A stretch of DNA of 63,699 nucleotides, filler included, from Chrysochromulina tobinii (Eukaryota): the NCBI GenBank assembly GCA_001275005.1. It is 7 parts of 7 records of this genome, joined end to end, with 100 filler letters (N's around TTAATTAATTAA, not from the genome) between each part and the next. Parts side by side here need not be neighbours in the genome. Positions count along the whole stretch, not along the records: positions 45,599 to 61,866 come from JWZX01001290.1; 6 more parts are not named here. The stretch is one strand, 5' to 3'. A model generated the notes under the pieces. The model saw only the letters and a program-made list of their open reading frames with translations, did no database searches and was not told the origin of the DNA. Positions 45,800 to 57,200 of this stretch are shown here, one piece after another (the first letter of the stretch is position 1; every line of letters begins with the position of its first letter). The position numbers and the translations under genes were made by a program.

Positions 45800-48700
45800 A
45801 TGGGCTGGTGCAGCGACCGCCGAGACGACGACGACGACCAGACGCCCTCACCGTCGCGGATCGCCGCGCGTCTCGTGCATCTCGCGTCCAAAGGCGCAAC
45901 TGATCGTGTGCGGGCATTGCTCAAAGATGGGACCAGCGTCACAGAGAACAAGCGTGATGGCACGAGCGCGCTGCACGCGGCTGCGGCGGGAGGGCACGTC
46001 GAGTGCGCCGCGGTACTGCTCGAATATGGCGCCCCGGTCAACGCCGCCGACAATTACGGCCACCGCCCGTTGCTCGAGGCGGCGCGACACGGCTCGGTCG
46101 AGATGCTTCAGCTCCTGCTCGCGCACTCGGCAGACGTCGCGCTCTCTTCTTTCCAGGACGTCACTCCGCTGATGCGAGCGTGCGCCGAGGGGCACATGCC
46201 CGCGACCAGCCTGCTCCTCGCCGAGGCGCGCTCCGACCCGATGCATACGGCGGCCCGGGGAGGTGACCTCTACGCCTGCTCGCTCTGATGAGCTGTGATG
46301 AGCACTGATGATTGATGAGCACTGATGAGCGCTGATGAGCGCTGATGACGAACTTGGACAGGTGACCACGCCCTCTCGCTTGCCGCCAAGGGCGGTCATG
46401 AGGGATGCGTGCGGCTATTGCTGGAAGGCGCTGTACCGGCGGACCTGCGTACCGGTACCGGTAGCACCGCGCTGATCGCGAGCGTCACGCAGGGGCACAC
46501 GGGCTGCGTGCATGCGCTCCTCGAGTGGCACGCCGACCCTAACGCAACCGACGCCACCGGCCAGACGGCGTGCATGCATGCCTCGAGTAACGGCCATCAT
46601 TCGAGCCTGCTGGCACTGTGTGAGGCGAATGAGTACTGATGAGCACTGATGAGTATTGATGAGCACTGATGACCACTGATGGCGCTGTGTGAGGCGAAGG
46701 TGGATGGATGAGCACTGATGACCGCTGATTGAATCTTTCATCAGGTGAGGCCGGGGTGGATGTGAACCAAAAGGGGCCCGCCCACGGCACCGCGCTCCTC
46801 GTCGCCAGCATGCGCGGCCATGTGCGATGCTGCGAGCTGCTCTGCGCGTACGGTGCCCATCTCGGCGCTGACGAACCTGAGAGGGCGAGGTACGCTGATG
46901 GCCACTGATGGCCACTGATGGCCGCTGATTGCCGATGATGGCCGCAGTGTGCCGCAGTGTGCCGCAGAGTGCCGCAGAGTGCGACCGATTGCGACTGAGT
47001 GCGACTGATTGCGACTGAGTGCGACCGAGTGCGACCCTCATCAGGACGCATGGGCACGAGAAGCTCGCTCATTGGCTTGAGGGCGCACGGCAGGTGATCA
47101 CCTCTGATTACCTCTGATTACCTCTGATTACCTCTGATTACCTCTGATTACCTCGCTCATTGGCTTGAGGGCGCACGGCAGGTGATCACCTCTGATTACC
47201 TCTGATGACCTCGGATTACCTCTGATTACCTCTGATTACCTCTGATGACCTCGCTCATTGGCTTGAGGGCGCACGGCAGTGGCCTTCGGAACTCCACCAC
47301 GTGGGCGCGCTGCCGTGGGCGCGCGTGCGGCGCGCGCTTCGGGCGGGTGCAGACCTCTACCTACGCGCTACCGACACGTCGCCCTCCCCGCTCGAGCTCG
47401 CGAGCGAGATCGCGAGCGAGATTGCGCGCGAGCTCGCCCAGCACGGCGCCGACTCCTGCGCACTCGTCGGGGCTGCAGGCGGCGCTGAGGGCAGAGGTCA
47501 TCACAGGTCATCAGAGGTCATCGGAGGCAATCACAGTGGGGCCTGTGGCAGTGGGGAGCTTCGAGGAAGCTTCGAGGAAGCTTCGAGGAAGCTTCCAGGC
47601 TCAGGGGCAGCGCTAGTTCTCGCGGCAGCGCGCCCCTGGTCACGCGAGACGCACGAGCTCTGGCCCGCACCCCATCGGGAGTGGGCGGCGGCGGCGGTCC
47701 GGCTGGGGCAGGCCCTCGCATGGCATCGTGGGACGCCCGAGCGGCTGCCGTTGGCCGAGGTGAGTCTCGTCAATTGCCTCTGATTGCCCTCTGATGGCCT
47801 CTGATGGCCTCTGATGGCCTCGGATGGCCTCGGATGGCCTCGGATGGCCTCGGATGGCCTCGGATGACCTCGGATGGCCTCGGATGGCCTCCGATGACCT
47901 TTGATGACCTTTGATGGCCTTTGATCCGGTGCAGGTGTGGTTACGGATCATCATTCCAATGGCGCTGGATCGAAGTGTTCCTCCCGTGTCCCGCGCCACC
48001 TCCTCACGAGCGACGCCGCCGTCTTCGGCGCCCAGCGCGATCTCCGCGCCGAGATTGAGCGACCTCCCGACGGAGCTCATCGTGCAGATTCTCGCCGCCT
48101 TGCCCATTGAAGACCTTGGGCGCGTGTGCTGCGTCGCCTCCGACTTTTGGCGCGAGAACCAAGGCGCGCGCCAAAATTTGGAGGCTCCAAAGTTTGAGCG
48201 TCCAAAGTTGGTGAGCGCCGAGACGAGCGCCGATGCGAGCGCCGTTGTGAGCGCCGTTGTGAGCGCCGTGGTGAGCACCGTGGTGAGCGCCGTGGTGGGC
48301 GAGCCCTCGTGTGGGGTGATGCTCCACGCGCTGCGGCTACGTGCGAGCCGGCGGGGCGGTGCCGGCCAGCCGCCTCCTCCCCCGATGCCGCCTGAGGAGC
48401 AGCACAGGTGCATCGCCTGGTACATGTGGGAAGAGCGGCGGGCGCAACGCGACCTCGAAGCGGGGCTCGAGGCGTGCTGCCGCTGGGTGCTGGGCGGCGG
48501 CAGTGCAAGCCTAGGTGCCGCGTGCTGATATGGATGCTGAGTGCATGCTGAGTGCATGCTGAGTGCATGCTGAGTGCATGCTGAGTGCATGCTGAGTGCA
48601 TGCTGAGTGCATGCTGAGTGCATGCTGAGTGCATGCTGATTTGGATCCCTCATCAGGAGCCGCATGCATCGTAGGCGGGAGCGCGTATGTCGTTACGCCC

Positions 48701-50424
48701 GAGCAGGACGAGCCTCCGCCATCGCCGCCGCCGTCCTCGCCACCACCGCCGCCACTGCTCCCGCCCTCTCCGCTCTCCTCGCCTGAGCTGCATGCAAGTG
48801 CTCATCACGGCGCCCCCTCGTCCCCAGAGCTCCCGCCCGCCCTCGCAACTCCACTTCGCGCCTCCGCCCCCTCGCCACGCACGTCCGCTTGCTCGCCACG
48901 CGCCTCCGCCAATGGCGACGACGAGTACCTCGGCGTCGGCGGTGCCCTTGATGAACTCGGACAGGTGCTTGCCACTCTGATGGCCACTCTGATGGCCACT
49001 CTGATGGCCTCTGATTGCCTCTGATTGCCCTTGGCTAACTCGGATAGGTCTTGCCACGGAGTGCCTCCCTGAGTGCCTCTCTGAGTGCCTCTCTGAGTAC
49101 CTCCCTCTCTGAGTGCCTCTCTGAGCGCCTCTCTGAGCGCCTCTCTGAGCGCCTCTCTGAGCGCCTCTCTGAGCGCCTCGCGTTCGATGGGCTGGGGCAG
49201 GGCGGCACTGCCTTCGTGCTTCACCCGAGCCTGAGTGCGTGCACCATCGATCGCGTCGCCGTGGGCGCGGAGCACGTGCTCGCCTTAAGCAGCCGAGGCC
49301 AGATCTGGTCGTGGGGCTCGAACCGCTTCGGGCAGCTCGGCCATGGTACCCGAGGGGAGCCGGCCACGCAGCCGAGCGTCGTATTGGGCGCGCTCGCCGG
49401 CCGGCGCGTGCTCGACGTGTCCGCCGGAGCGTTCCACAGCCTCGCGGCCGTTGAGCGGGGCTTCCACAGCCGCGCGGCGGCCGTTCACAGCGGTCGTTCA
49501 CAGCGACCGTTCACAGCGACCGTTCACAGCGGATCGAGTGCGTCGAGCGTCTTCTCGTGGGGCTTCGGCGGCGACAGCGCCCTTGGGCATGGGCGCGAAG
49601 AAGATGAGTTCCGCCCGCGTGCCGTGCTGCACTCCTCCGAAGGCGAGCTGCTCATGGGCGTGAGGACGGTGGCGGCCGGTTGGCGCCACTCACTTGCTCT
49701 GACGCGCCAGGGCATCCTATGGGCGTGGGGACATGGCGACAGCGGCCAGCTGGGCGTGCAGGGCGTGGTGGAGGCGATGGCGCCGGTACGCATCGCGTCT
49801 TTCGATGCAGCGACTGGGACCACCGTGTGGAAGGGCAGCTGCCCAAATATGGAAGGCCAGTCGCACGTGCCAAGTATGGAAGCATCGCAGCTTCGGTTGA
49901 TCGCAGCGGGCGATCAGTACAGCGTGGCCGTGGATGCACATGGGCGCGTCTGGCAGTGGGGGTGCATCCTTGGAGCTGGGCGGGAGAGTTTCCCCACAGC
50001 TTGCCCTCGGCGCATGCACCTGCCGCTGCCCGTGGAGGATGCCCACGTGGAGGATGCCCACGACGACGCTCTCCGTCCGCCCGGCACGACGCCGCGCGTG
50101 CGCTCGATCGCTGCGGGCGCCGGACACGTCATCGCGCTCACATGGGATGGCCACGTGTACACTTGGGGGCAGGGGCGCTCGGGCAGTCTGGGGCACGGTG
50201 ACGAGCGTGATCTGCGCGCACCGGCGCTTGTGAGCATGCATGATAGGCTCCAGGGCATCACGAGCATCAGTGCGGGCGCCAACCACAGCCTCGCCATGAG
50301 GGCGAGCCTGGACGGCTCTGGTGAGCCTGTGATGTGGGCGTGGGGTCACACGGCAGCCTTGGGCGCGCCCTGGTACGAAGGTACGAACGTGCCAGAGGTG
50401 CTGTTCCAGATGAAGAAGCACTGA
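45800..50424 (+). CDS. Ankyrin repeats + F-box + RCC1 repeats; 8 exons (45800-46262, 46362-46619, 46745-46889, 47045-47093, 47280-47759, 47935-48514, 48657-48964, 49048-50424); about 1219 aa
   Basis: ANK motifs (SALHAAAAGGHVEC), F-box LSDLPTELIVQILAALPIEDLGRVCCV, RCC1 repeats (VAVGAEHVLAL...WSWGSNRFGQLGHG). All seven GT-AG introns keep the frame. Confidence 0.78.
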
Positions 50425-50664
50425 AGCAGGCGAGTTTGCGGCTCTGGAGATTTGTGGTTACCACGATGCCCGGGTCCGTCATCGGATCTCCGAAGACCTC
50501 CGGGGAGGGACCCGAAATAATTGAGGCCACACCAAAAGAACCAAATCAGGTACATCGGAAATCTCCCGCGGAGGTCAACGGCAATAATTTCAGGAATCTT
50601 TCTTGTGGAAGAGCGTTCAAAGCTGCCTGCACAAAGCTGCCCGCACATTCCAAAATCCACGAGA

Positions 50665-51642
50665 ATGGGTTGCGCCACGTCGACTCCGAAAGAAGACGCT
50701 GTCATGCAGACCATAGTTGTCATCGGTGCCACCGGCGCTCAGGGTGGGGGCGTCGTGCGTACGCTCTCTGCCAAGGGTGGCTATGCGATCAAGGCGGTCA
50801 CGCGCAAAATGGAATCGGAGAAAGCCAAAGCCCTTGCCGCGCTCCCAAATGTTTCACTCATCAGCGCCGACCTCGACGATGATGCCTCGCTCATGGCCGC
50901 CTTCTCGGGCGCGTATGGCGTGTTCCTGGTCACAAACTTTTGGGAGCACTTTTCGGCCGCCAAGGAGGTCGAGCAGTGCAAGAAAGTTGCCGCCGCTGCG
51001 AAGGCGGCTGGTGTCGCACACGTGGTCTGGTCAACGCTCGAGCACACACCCTCGTTTGGCGCGGGCGACACCATCCCGGACATTGACAACCATGGAACGA
51101 AGTACAAGGTGCCGCACTTTGACGGAAAGGGCCTCGGCGACGCGGAGTTCAAGGCGGCAGGCGTCCCGACCACGTACTTGCTCACTTCATTCTACTGGGA
51201 CAACATGATCTACTTTGGTATGGGCCCCAAGAAGGGCGAGGATGGCCAGTATGCCATCACCTTTCCGCAGGATCCTGAGACGGTGCTTCCGGGCATCGCC
51301 GCACAGGACATCGGTGCCTGCGCCGCGGGCATCTTCGCAGACCCAAGCCTCATCGGCCAGACCATCGGCATCACCGGCGAGAAGCTCACGTGCGGCGCGA
51401 TGGCCGAGAAGATGAGCAAGGCGCTCGGGGTCGAGGTCAAGTTCAACAGCGTGCCTGCCGATGTTTACCGCAGCTTTGGCTTCCCGGGCGCTGACGATCT
51501 CGGCAACATGTTCCAGTGGCAGGCGGAGAACAACGCGGACTTCTGCTCGCGCCGTGATGTGGCAGTATCGAAGAGACTGCACCCGGGGATGCTTGATTTC
51601 GATGCCTGGCTCGCGCAGCATGGCAAGTCCATCCCAATGTAG
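50665..51642 (+). CDS. NmrA-like (NMRAL1/HSCARG) NADP-binding protein
   Basis: VVIGATGAQGGGV, GAYGVFLVTNFWE, VPHFDGK, FPGADDLGNMF. MGC N-terminus suggests acylation. Confidence 0.9.
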   Translation: MGCATSTPKEDAVMQTIVVIGATGAQGGGVVRTLSAKGGYAIKAVTRKMESEKAKALAALPNVSLISADLDDDASLMAAFSGAYGVFLVTNFWEHFSAAKEVEQCKKVAAAAKAAGVAHVVWSTLEHTPSFGAGDTIPDIDNHGTKYKVPHFDGKGLGDAEFKAAGVPTTYLLTSFYWDNMIYFGMGPKKGEDGQYAITFPQDPETVLPGIAAQDIGACAAGIFADPSLIGQTIGITGEKLTCGAMAEKMSKALGVEVKFNSVPADVYRSFGFPGADDLGNMFQWQAENNADFCSRRDVAVSKRLHPGMLDFDAWLAQHGKSIPM

Positions 51643-52295
51643 TAGGCGCTCGCCAGGCTCTGGGAGCTGATGGTCCGTACCATGGCCCCTGTGAGGAGCG
51701 GCCTGGCTCGCAAGAGGCGATCATGAACTACGAGCGGGGTGTAGGCCGATTCGCATCACGCATAGATGAACACGCGCAGCCGCCAGCCGCCCTTCGACTG
51801 GGCTTTTCGAGCAGGAGCAAGCAAGTGCAAGTGCTTGCTTGAGCAGGAACGCAGTGGCGTGGGAATGACGAGCCCGCTGAGTGAGGGTCTAGGGCAGAGA
51901 GGTGGGGACGAACCGGAGGTGCAACGGACGTGCTGCTCCGGGGCAAGGGTGGGTTCCCACACACCGGGTTAGTATTGCGGTCGATAAGCGGTCGATGGCA
52001 AGATACTACGGTAGACGTGCGGTAAACTACAAGACGTAGTACTTTAAACATACAGTAATCACACTGACTTCCAGAGACTGCCGGACCGCCGTTGATTGAA
52101 TCATCGCATCATACAACCCCCGGTACACGTCCATCGCTCCGAATCTTCAAAAATGAAAAAATCTCCCTGAACCTGCGACCTGTCTCCGAGCCGGTGTGGT
52201 GACGCCACTGCCATGATTGTTGAAACCGTTCATTTCATTCATTATACGCTCGCGTTACTGACAAGTTACGATCTACCTTAATTGTGCTTGACGCG

Positions 52296-52922
52296 CTATT
52301 CAGGCTTTGCTTTCGTGGCCACAGCTGCCCTCGCCTCGTCTAGCCAGGGCAACGGCTGGGCGGGTCGCGCCGTGCGCGCGATGAGCTGCACAAAAGGGTG
52401 CGACTCTGGAAAATGAGCCGCCTCAAGCCCGATGGCAGAGGCGCGCAGCAGCCCGAATTGCTGGCCGAGATGTGAACTGCCACAACTCAACAGGGCCACG
52501 TGTGCACCGCTCTCTTGTGCCAGCACCGCCACGTGCGCGAACGTGAGTGGCGGGCCAGCGTCGGATGCGAGCACGGCCGCGCTCAGAGCCCGTCGTCGAA
52601 GCAACCTGCAGACGCTCGCACGGCCCAGGTGGATCCCTTTGGCTCTCCGCTGAGCTCCATCGGCGGACGCTACCGTGCTGATGATGTCCGCGCTCAGCCG
52701 ACTCAGCACGGCCGCAGTACTGGCTCCAGCGGCCGTCACCCAGCGCGGGTCCAGATCGGAGTGGAAGGCCTCCTTGAGTGGCGCCGCTGGAACTAGTGTC
52801 GGAACTGCCGCGCGCGCATCCGTGCGCAGAAAGGACACGCGCCGGCTGGCGTCGCCCTCGAGGTCGCCGAGCGTGGCGGCGACGACTTTGGCTGGACGCT
52901 TGCGCTTCTTGTCAGCGGGCAT
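52296..52922 (-). CDS. L7Ae-family protein, RNase P/MRP subunit RPP38/POP3-like
   Basis: LGRASVCRLL...VLASDAGPPLTFAHV...LGQQFGLLRASAIGL; basic NLS-like N-terminus. Confidence 0.6.
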   Translation of the reverse strand: MPADKKRKRPAKVVAATLGDLEGDASRRVSFLRTDARAAVPTLVPAAPLKEAFHSDLDPRWVTAAGASTAAVLSRLSADIISTVASADGAQRRAKGIHLGRASVCRLLRRRALSAAVLASDAGPPLTFAHVAVLAQESGAHVALLSCGSSHLGQQFGLLRASAIGLEAAHFPESHPFVQLIARTARPAQPLPWLDEARAAVATKAKPE

Positions 52923-52968
52923 TCTCCAAAGTCAAGTCAAGTCAAGTCAAGTCAAGTCAAGATTCAAA

Positions 52969-53733
52969 ATGGCGGTCGCCTTTCCGCCGCCTTTGGTGCC
53001 CATCGCTGGCGCGAGCGATCGGGAGGGCAGATCTCGACGCAACCTGCACCACTGGATAGCCCCGAGTCGGGGCATCATCCCCATCTTCTTGATCTTGATC
53101 ATCGCGGCGCACCGGGGCTTCAACATCGTGCCTTTTCAGGAAGTCTACAGTACGGCAATGCAACACCGCTCCAGGGCCGACGATGGGAGCGGTCGGGGGC
53201 CTGCGCGAGGGCTGCTCCGATGGTCCAAGGTGTCGGTAGGGTCTGGCGTCCGCCGGCGCCGCGCGTCGAGCGCGCGCGGCCCTTCTCCGACGAGTTTTTG
53301 GTGTTTTGGGCTTGACAAGGGCACGTCAATCGATTTTGGCCAGGCAACAAGGGCGGCTGGCGCGGCGGCGGAAAGAGTGGTCGAGGGCGTTTCCGCGGTG
53401 CGCGCCACACACCCCGTCCTCTATCTCACGCATGCGCGCGCGTTCGCGACATATAGGTGTGGCGTCGATGGCGGCGCGAGAGGCAGACGGGCGGCGGGAG
53501 CAGCAGAGAGAGAGGGTGTCCGTGAGGCAGAGGGCGACGACGAGGACGAGGCCATGGCGGGCGACGAGAACATCTCGATGCAGGAGGCTGAGGGCGGCGG
53601 GGGTGACGCTACGGGTGGCATCAAGAAGGGGAAGCGTACGCGCAGCAAGCGGCCGAACGGTGGTCAACGGCAGCGGCAGGCGATGGAGAGGGCGGACCGT
53701 CGTCTGGCGGCGGACGAGGCGAGCGGGAGCTGA
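52969..53733 (+). CDS. Hypothetical protein
   Basis: ORF from ATG 52969 with acidic then basic C-terminus; no family recognised. Confidence 0.25.
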   Translation: MAVAFPPPLVPIAGASDREGRSRRNLHHWIAPSRGIIPIFLILIIAAHRGFNIVPFQEVYSTAMQHRSRADDGSGRGPARGLLRWSKVSVGSGVRRRRASSARGPSPTSFWCFGLDKGTSIDFGQATRAAGAAAERVVEGVSAVRATHPVLYLTHARAFATYRCGVDGGARGRRAAGAAEREGVREAEGDDEDEAMAGDENISMQEAEGGGGDATGGIKKGKRTRSKRPNGGQRQRQAMERADRRLAADEASGS

Positions 53734-54279
53734 GCTGAACGGCGCGAGGGCGAGGGTTCCGAGTCTGTGTTGCTCACGCGACTGCAGTACGGGTCCTCTC
53801 CCTTGAGCTGGTAATCTCGGTGAGCGTGACGCTGCGCCGACCGGCCTCGAGCTCCTCGGTCGAGGCGCCTTTGTCCCTCCCTCTTTCTCTCCCCCAGTCC
53901 CCCATTTTATGCTTGACGCCACGGTCGATCTCGAGCCGATTTCCTCTTCGGCGTAAGAGTGGCGCTCATCGGCTCGAGATCGGCCCGTTACTTCTCACCT
54001 ACTTGTTCTCCGAGGGCACGTATGTCAGCATCTATGACGTGTCACCTCTAGATGGACCCCCTCCGTCATCTCCGCCTACTCCCGTCCTCCCCTGCTGGCT
54101 TCCGGAGCACATTCGATAGGCTTCCGTATGGTTGTCTGTTGTTTATGTATAGACTTGACTTGACTTCTCCAAAGCTCTTCGTGGTTATGAATACAACAAT
54201 ACATGTACCCGATAAAAAGACACCGGGGGGAGCTGGGACACAACACGTACATGTTCCCGGTTTCCATTTTCGGACATCC

Positions 54280-57200
54280 ATGGCGAAAGGCAGCTTCGTA
54301 GCGTCCAACGCGATGGTCGGCGCGCTCTGTCGCGGCGACGAGGCCAAGGCCGTGGGCCTCATCGACAGCGTCAAAGAAGCGGCCCACCTCGGGAAATGCC
54401 TTCTGAGTGCATGTGAGACTGGTCACCCTAAGTGCGCGAGGCTGCTGCTCGCCGCCCACGCCGCCGTCGACCAGGCAGACAGCGACGGCCGCACGCCTCT
54501 GATCGCCGCCTGCGACCAAGGTCACGGCGACTGCGTGCAGCTGCTGCTCGCCGCCCACGCCGCCGTCGACCAGGCAGACAGCCACGGCCGCACGCCTCTG
54601 ATCGCTGCCTGCTTCAAAGGAAATGGCGACTGCGTGCAGCTGCTGCTCGCTGCCCACGCCGTCGTCGACCAGGCAAACAGCGACGGCCCCACGCCTCTGC
54701 TCGCTGCCTGCGTCAAAGGCGATGGCGGCTGCGTGCAGCTGCTGCTCGCCGCCCACGCCGCCGTCGACCAGGCAGCCAGCGACGGCCGCACGCCTCTGAT
54801 CGCCGCCTGCGTCAAAGGCGATGGCGGCTGCGTGCAGCTGCTGCTCGCCGCCCACGCCGCCATCGACCAGGCAGCCAGCGACGGCCGCACGCCTCTGATC
54901 GCCGCCTGCTTCAAGGGCGATGGCGACTGCGTGCAGCTGCTGCTCGCCGCCCACGCCGCCGTCGACCAGGCAGCCAGCGACGGCACCACGCCTCTGTACG
55001 CCGCCTGCCTCAATGGCCACGGCGGCTGCGTGCAGCTGCTGCTCGCCGCCCACGCCGTCGTCGACCATATGGCCAGCGACGGCACCACGCCTCTGTACGC
55101 CGCCTGCCTCAAAGATCACGGCGACTGTGTGCAGCTGCTGCTCGCCGCCCACGCCGCCGTCGACCAGGCAGACAGCCACGGCTTCACGCCTCTGATCGCC
55201 GCCTGCTTCGAAGATCACGGCGGCTGCGTGCGGCTGCTGCTCGCTGCCCATGCCGCCATCGACCAGGCAGCCAGCGACGGCACCACGCCTCTGCACGCCG
55301 CCTGCATCAAAGGCGATGGCGGCTGCGTGCAGCTGCTGCTCGCCGCCCACGCCGCCGTCGACCAGGCAGACAGCAGCGGCAACACGCCTCTGCACGCCGC
55401 CTGCTACTATGGCGACGGCGACTGCGACTGCGTGCAGCTGCTGCTCGCCGCCCACGCCGTCGTCGACCAGGCAAACAGCCAAGGCCGCACGCCTCTGATC
55501 GCTGCCTGCCTCGAAGGCCATGGCGGCTACGTGCAGCTGCTGCTCGCTGCCCATGCCGCCATCGACCAGGCAAACAGCGACGGCACCACGCCTCTGATCG
55601 CCGCCTGCAGCAAAGGCTCGATCGACATAGTCAAGCTGCTCTTGCATGCCGGCGCACGCACCGACTTGCGATCCGCTTCCGGCACAGCCCTCGACATCGC
55701 AGAGGCCCAAGGCCACACCGTCATCGCAAGATTCCTGCGCAGCAGACGCCGCGCACCTGCGACGATCGCTGCTGCGGTCGCTCCGGTGTCGAGTGCGGAG
55801 CGTGCGGCAGCCGAGCGGGCAGCCGAGCTTGCCGCTGCGGCTCTGCTGGCTGAGGAGGAGGCGGAGGGCGCGCACAAGCAGCAGGCGCAGACGAACAAAG
55901 CGAGCAAGAAAGCCAAAGCCAAGCAGGCAAGGGCGAGCGAGGCGAGAGCGCCGGTAGAGTGTGCGTCAGCGGCCGCGAGTGGCAGCGCCGAGGCGGACAG
56001 CGAGGTGTCGGCGGCGGCTGGCGACGAGGACGGCGTGGGTTCCGCTCCTTCTGCCGCAGCCGACGAGGCGCTGCGTGTGGCCATGGCGGCCGCGCAGTAC
56101 GAGGGCCTGGTCGGTGCGATCGAGGAGCACCACGCACGCGCAAGCGAGGGTGTGTTGGCGGAGGCGAGGGCGATGCGCGAGCGCTTGCACCAGAAGTGCA
56201 AGCAGGAGAGCCAGAAGCTGCGTCGCAAGCACGCGGCGGAGATGGAGATGCAAACCAGCCTGTCGAAGCTGTCACTGCACGAGGTCACACAGTCGCCGCC
56301 TGCCGCAAGCTCAGCATCCGCACACGCGGCGCCAGCATCGGAGGCTACTGAGGCACCCTCGGCGCCGCCCGCGGCCGTCGCCCTCACGCTCGCCGAGCTT
56401 GCGGCGGCGACGGACGGCTTTGGAGAGCAGCGGCTCATCGGCAGCGGCGGCTACGGCAACGTCTACACCGCGGATGCGCTGTCGTCGCTGCGGCCCGAGG
56501 CGCTGCCGCTGCGGCTGCGCCACAAGCCCATCGCCGTCAAGTGCGCCAAGTCGGGCGTGCACGATCTCACCGACCTGCGGCGCGAGGTGAGTGTGCTGCA
56601 GCAGTGCAGCCACCCGCACGTGCTACCGCTGCTCGGCTACTGTCTGGAGCACGGGGCGCCGCCGTGCCTCGTCTTCCCGCTGATGCGCGGCGGCAGCTTC
56701 GCCGATCGGCTGTGGCCGAAAGAGGCCGACTCCGAGCACCTGCGCCGCCTCGGCCTACCTGCGTCGCTCAGCCCGTTGATGTGGCACGAGCGCCTGCGCA
56801 TTCTACGCCAGGCGACCGACGCGCTGCTCTACCTGCACACGCCAGTGCCTGGCGGCAAGGGTGCCGTCGTCCATCGCGACTTCAAGCCTGAGAACATCCT
56901 GCTCGACGATGAGCTCAACGCCTACCTCGCGGACACGGGATTCGCCAAGATGGACGCCGGGCCCGAGGCGTCGAAGATGAAGAGCGCGTCGAATGCGTTC
57001 TACCTCACCCTCGGCTATCTGGACCCGAGCGTTTCGGCAGGCGGCGCGTACTCAGCTGTGACTGATGGCTGGGCGCTGGGCATCACGCTGCTCGTGGCGC
57101 TTACCGGCCGCTCACCTTTGAAGATCATCAACAAGTGCGAAGAGGAGTTTGAGCTCGATTTCGCCGAGATCGACGCCGAGAAGCTCGCCGACGCCGGGGC

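Noticed and set aside
54076..55875. 599-aa antisense ORF and other long overlapping ORFs (for example 16424-18571, 9271-10377, 25421-26452)
   Set aside because: Shadow frames expected from high GC and repetitive coding sequence; no recognisable motifs.
56932..56940. DTG instead of DFG as evidence of a pseudokinase
   Set aside because: The Gly-loop, VAIK-type Lys, HRD, Asn and Mg-binding Asp are intact, so inactivity cannot be claimed.
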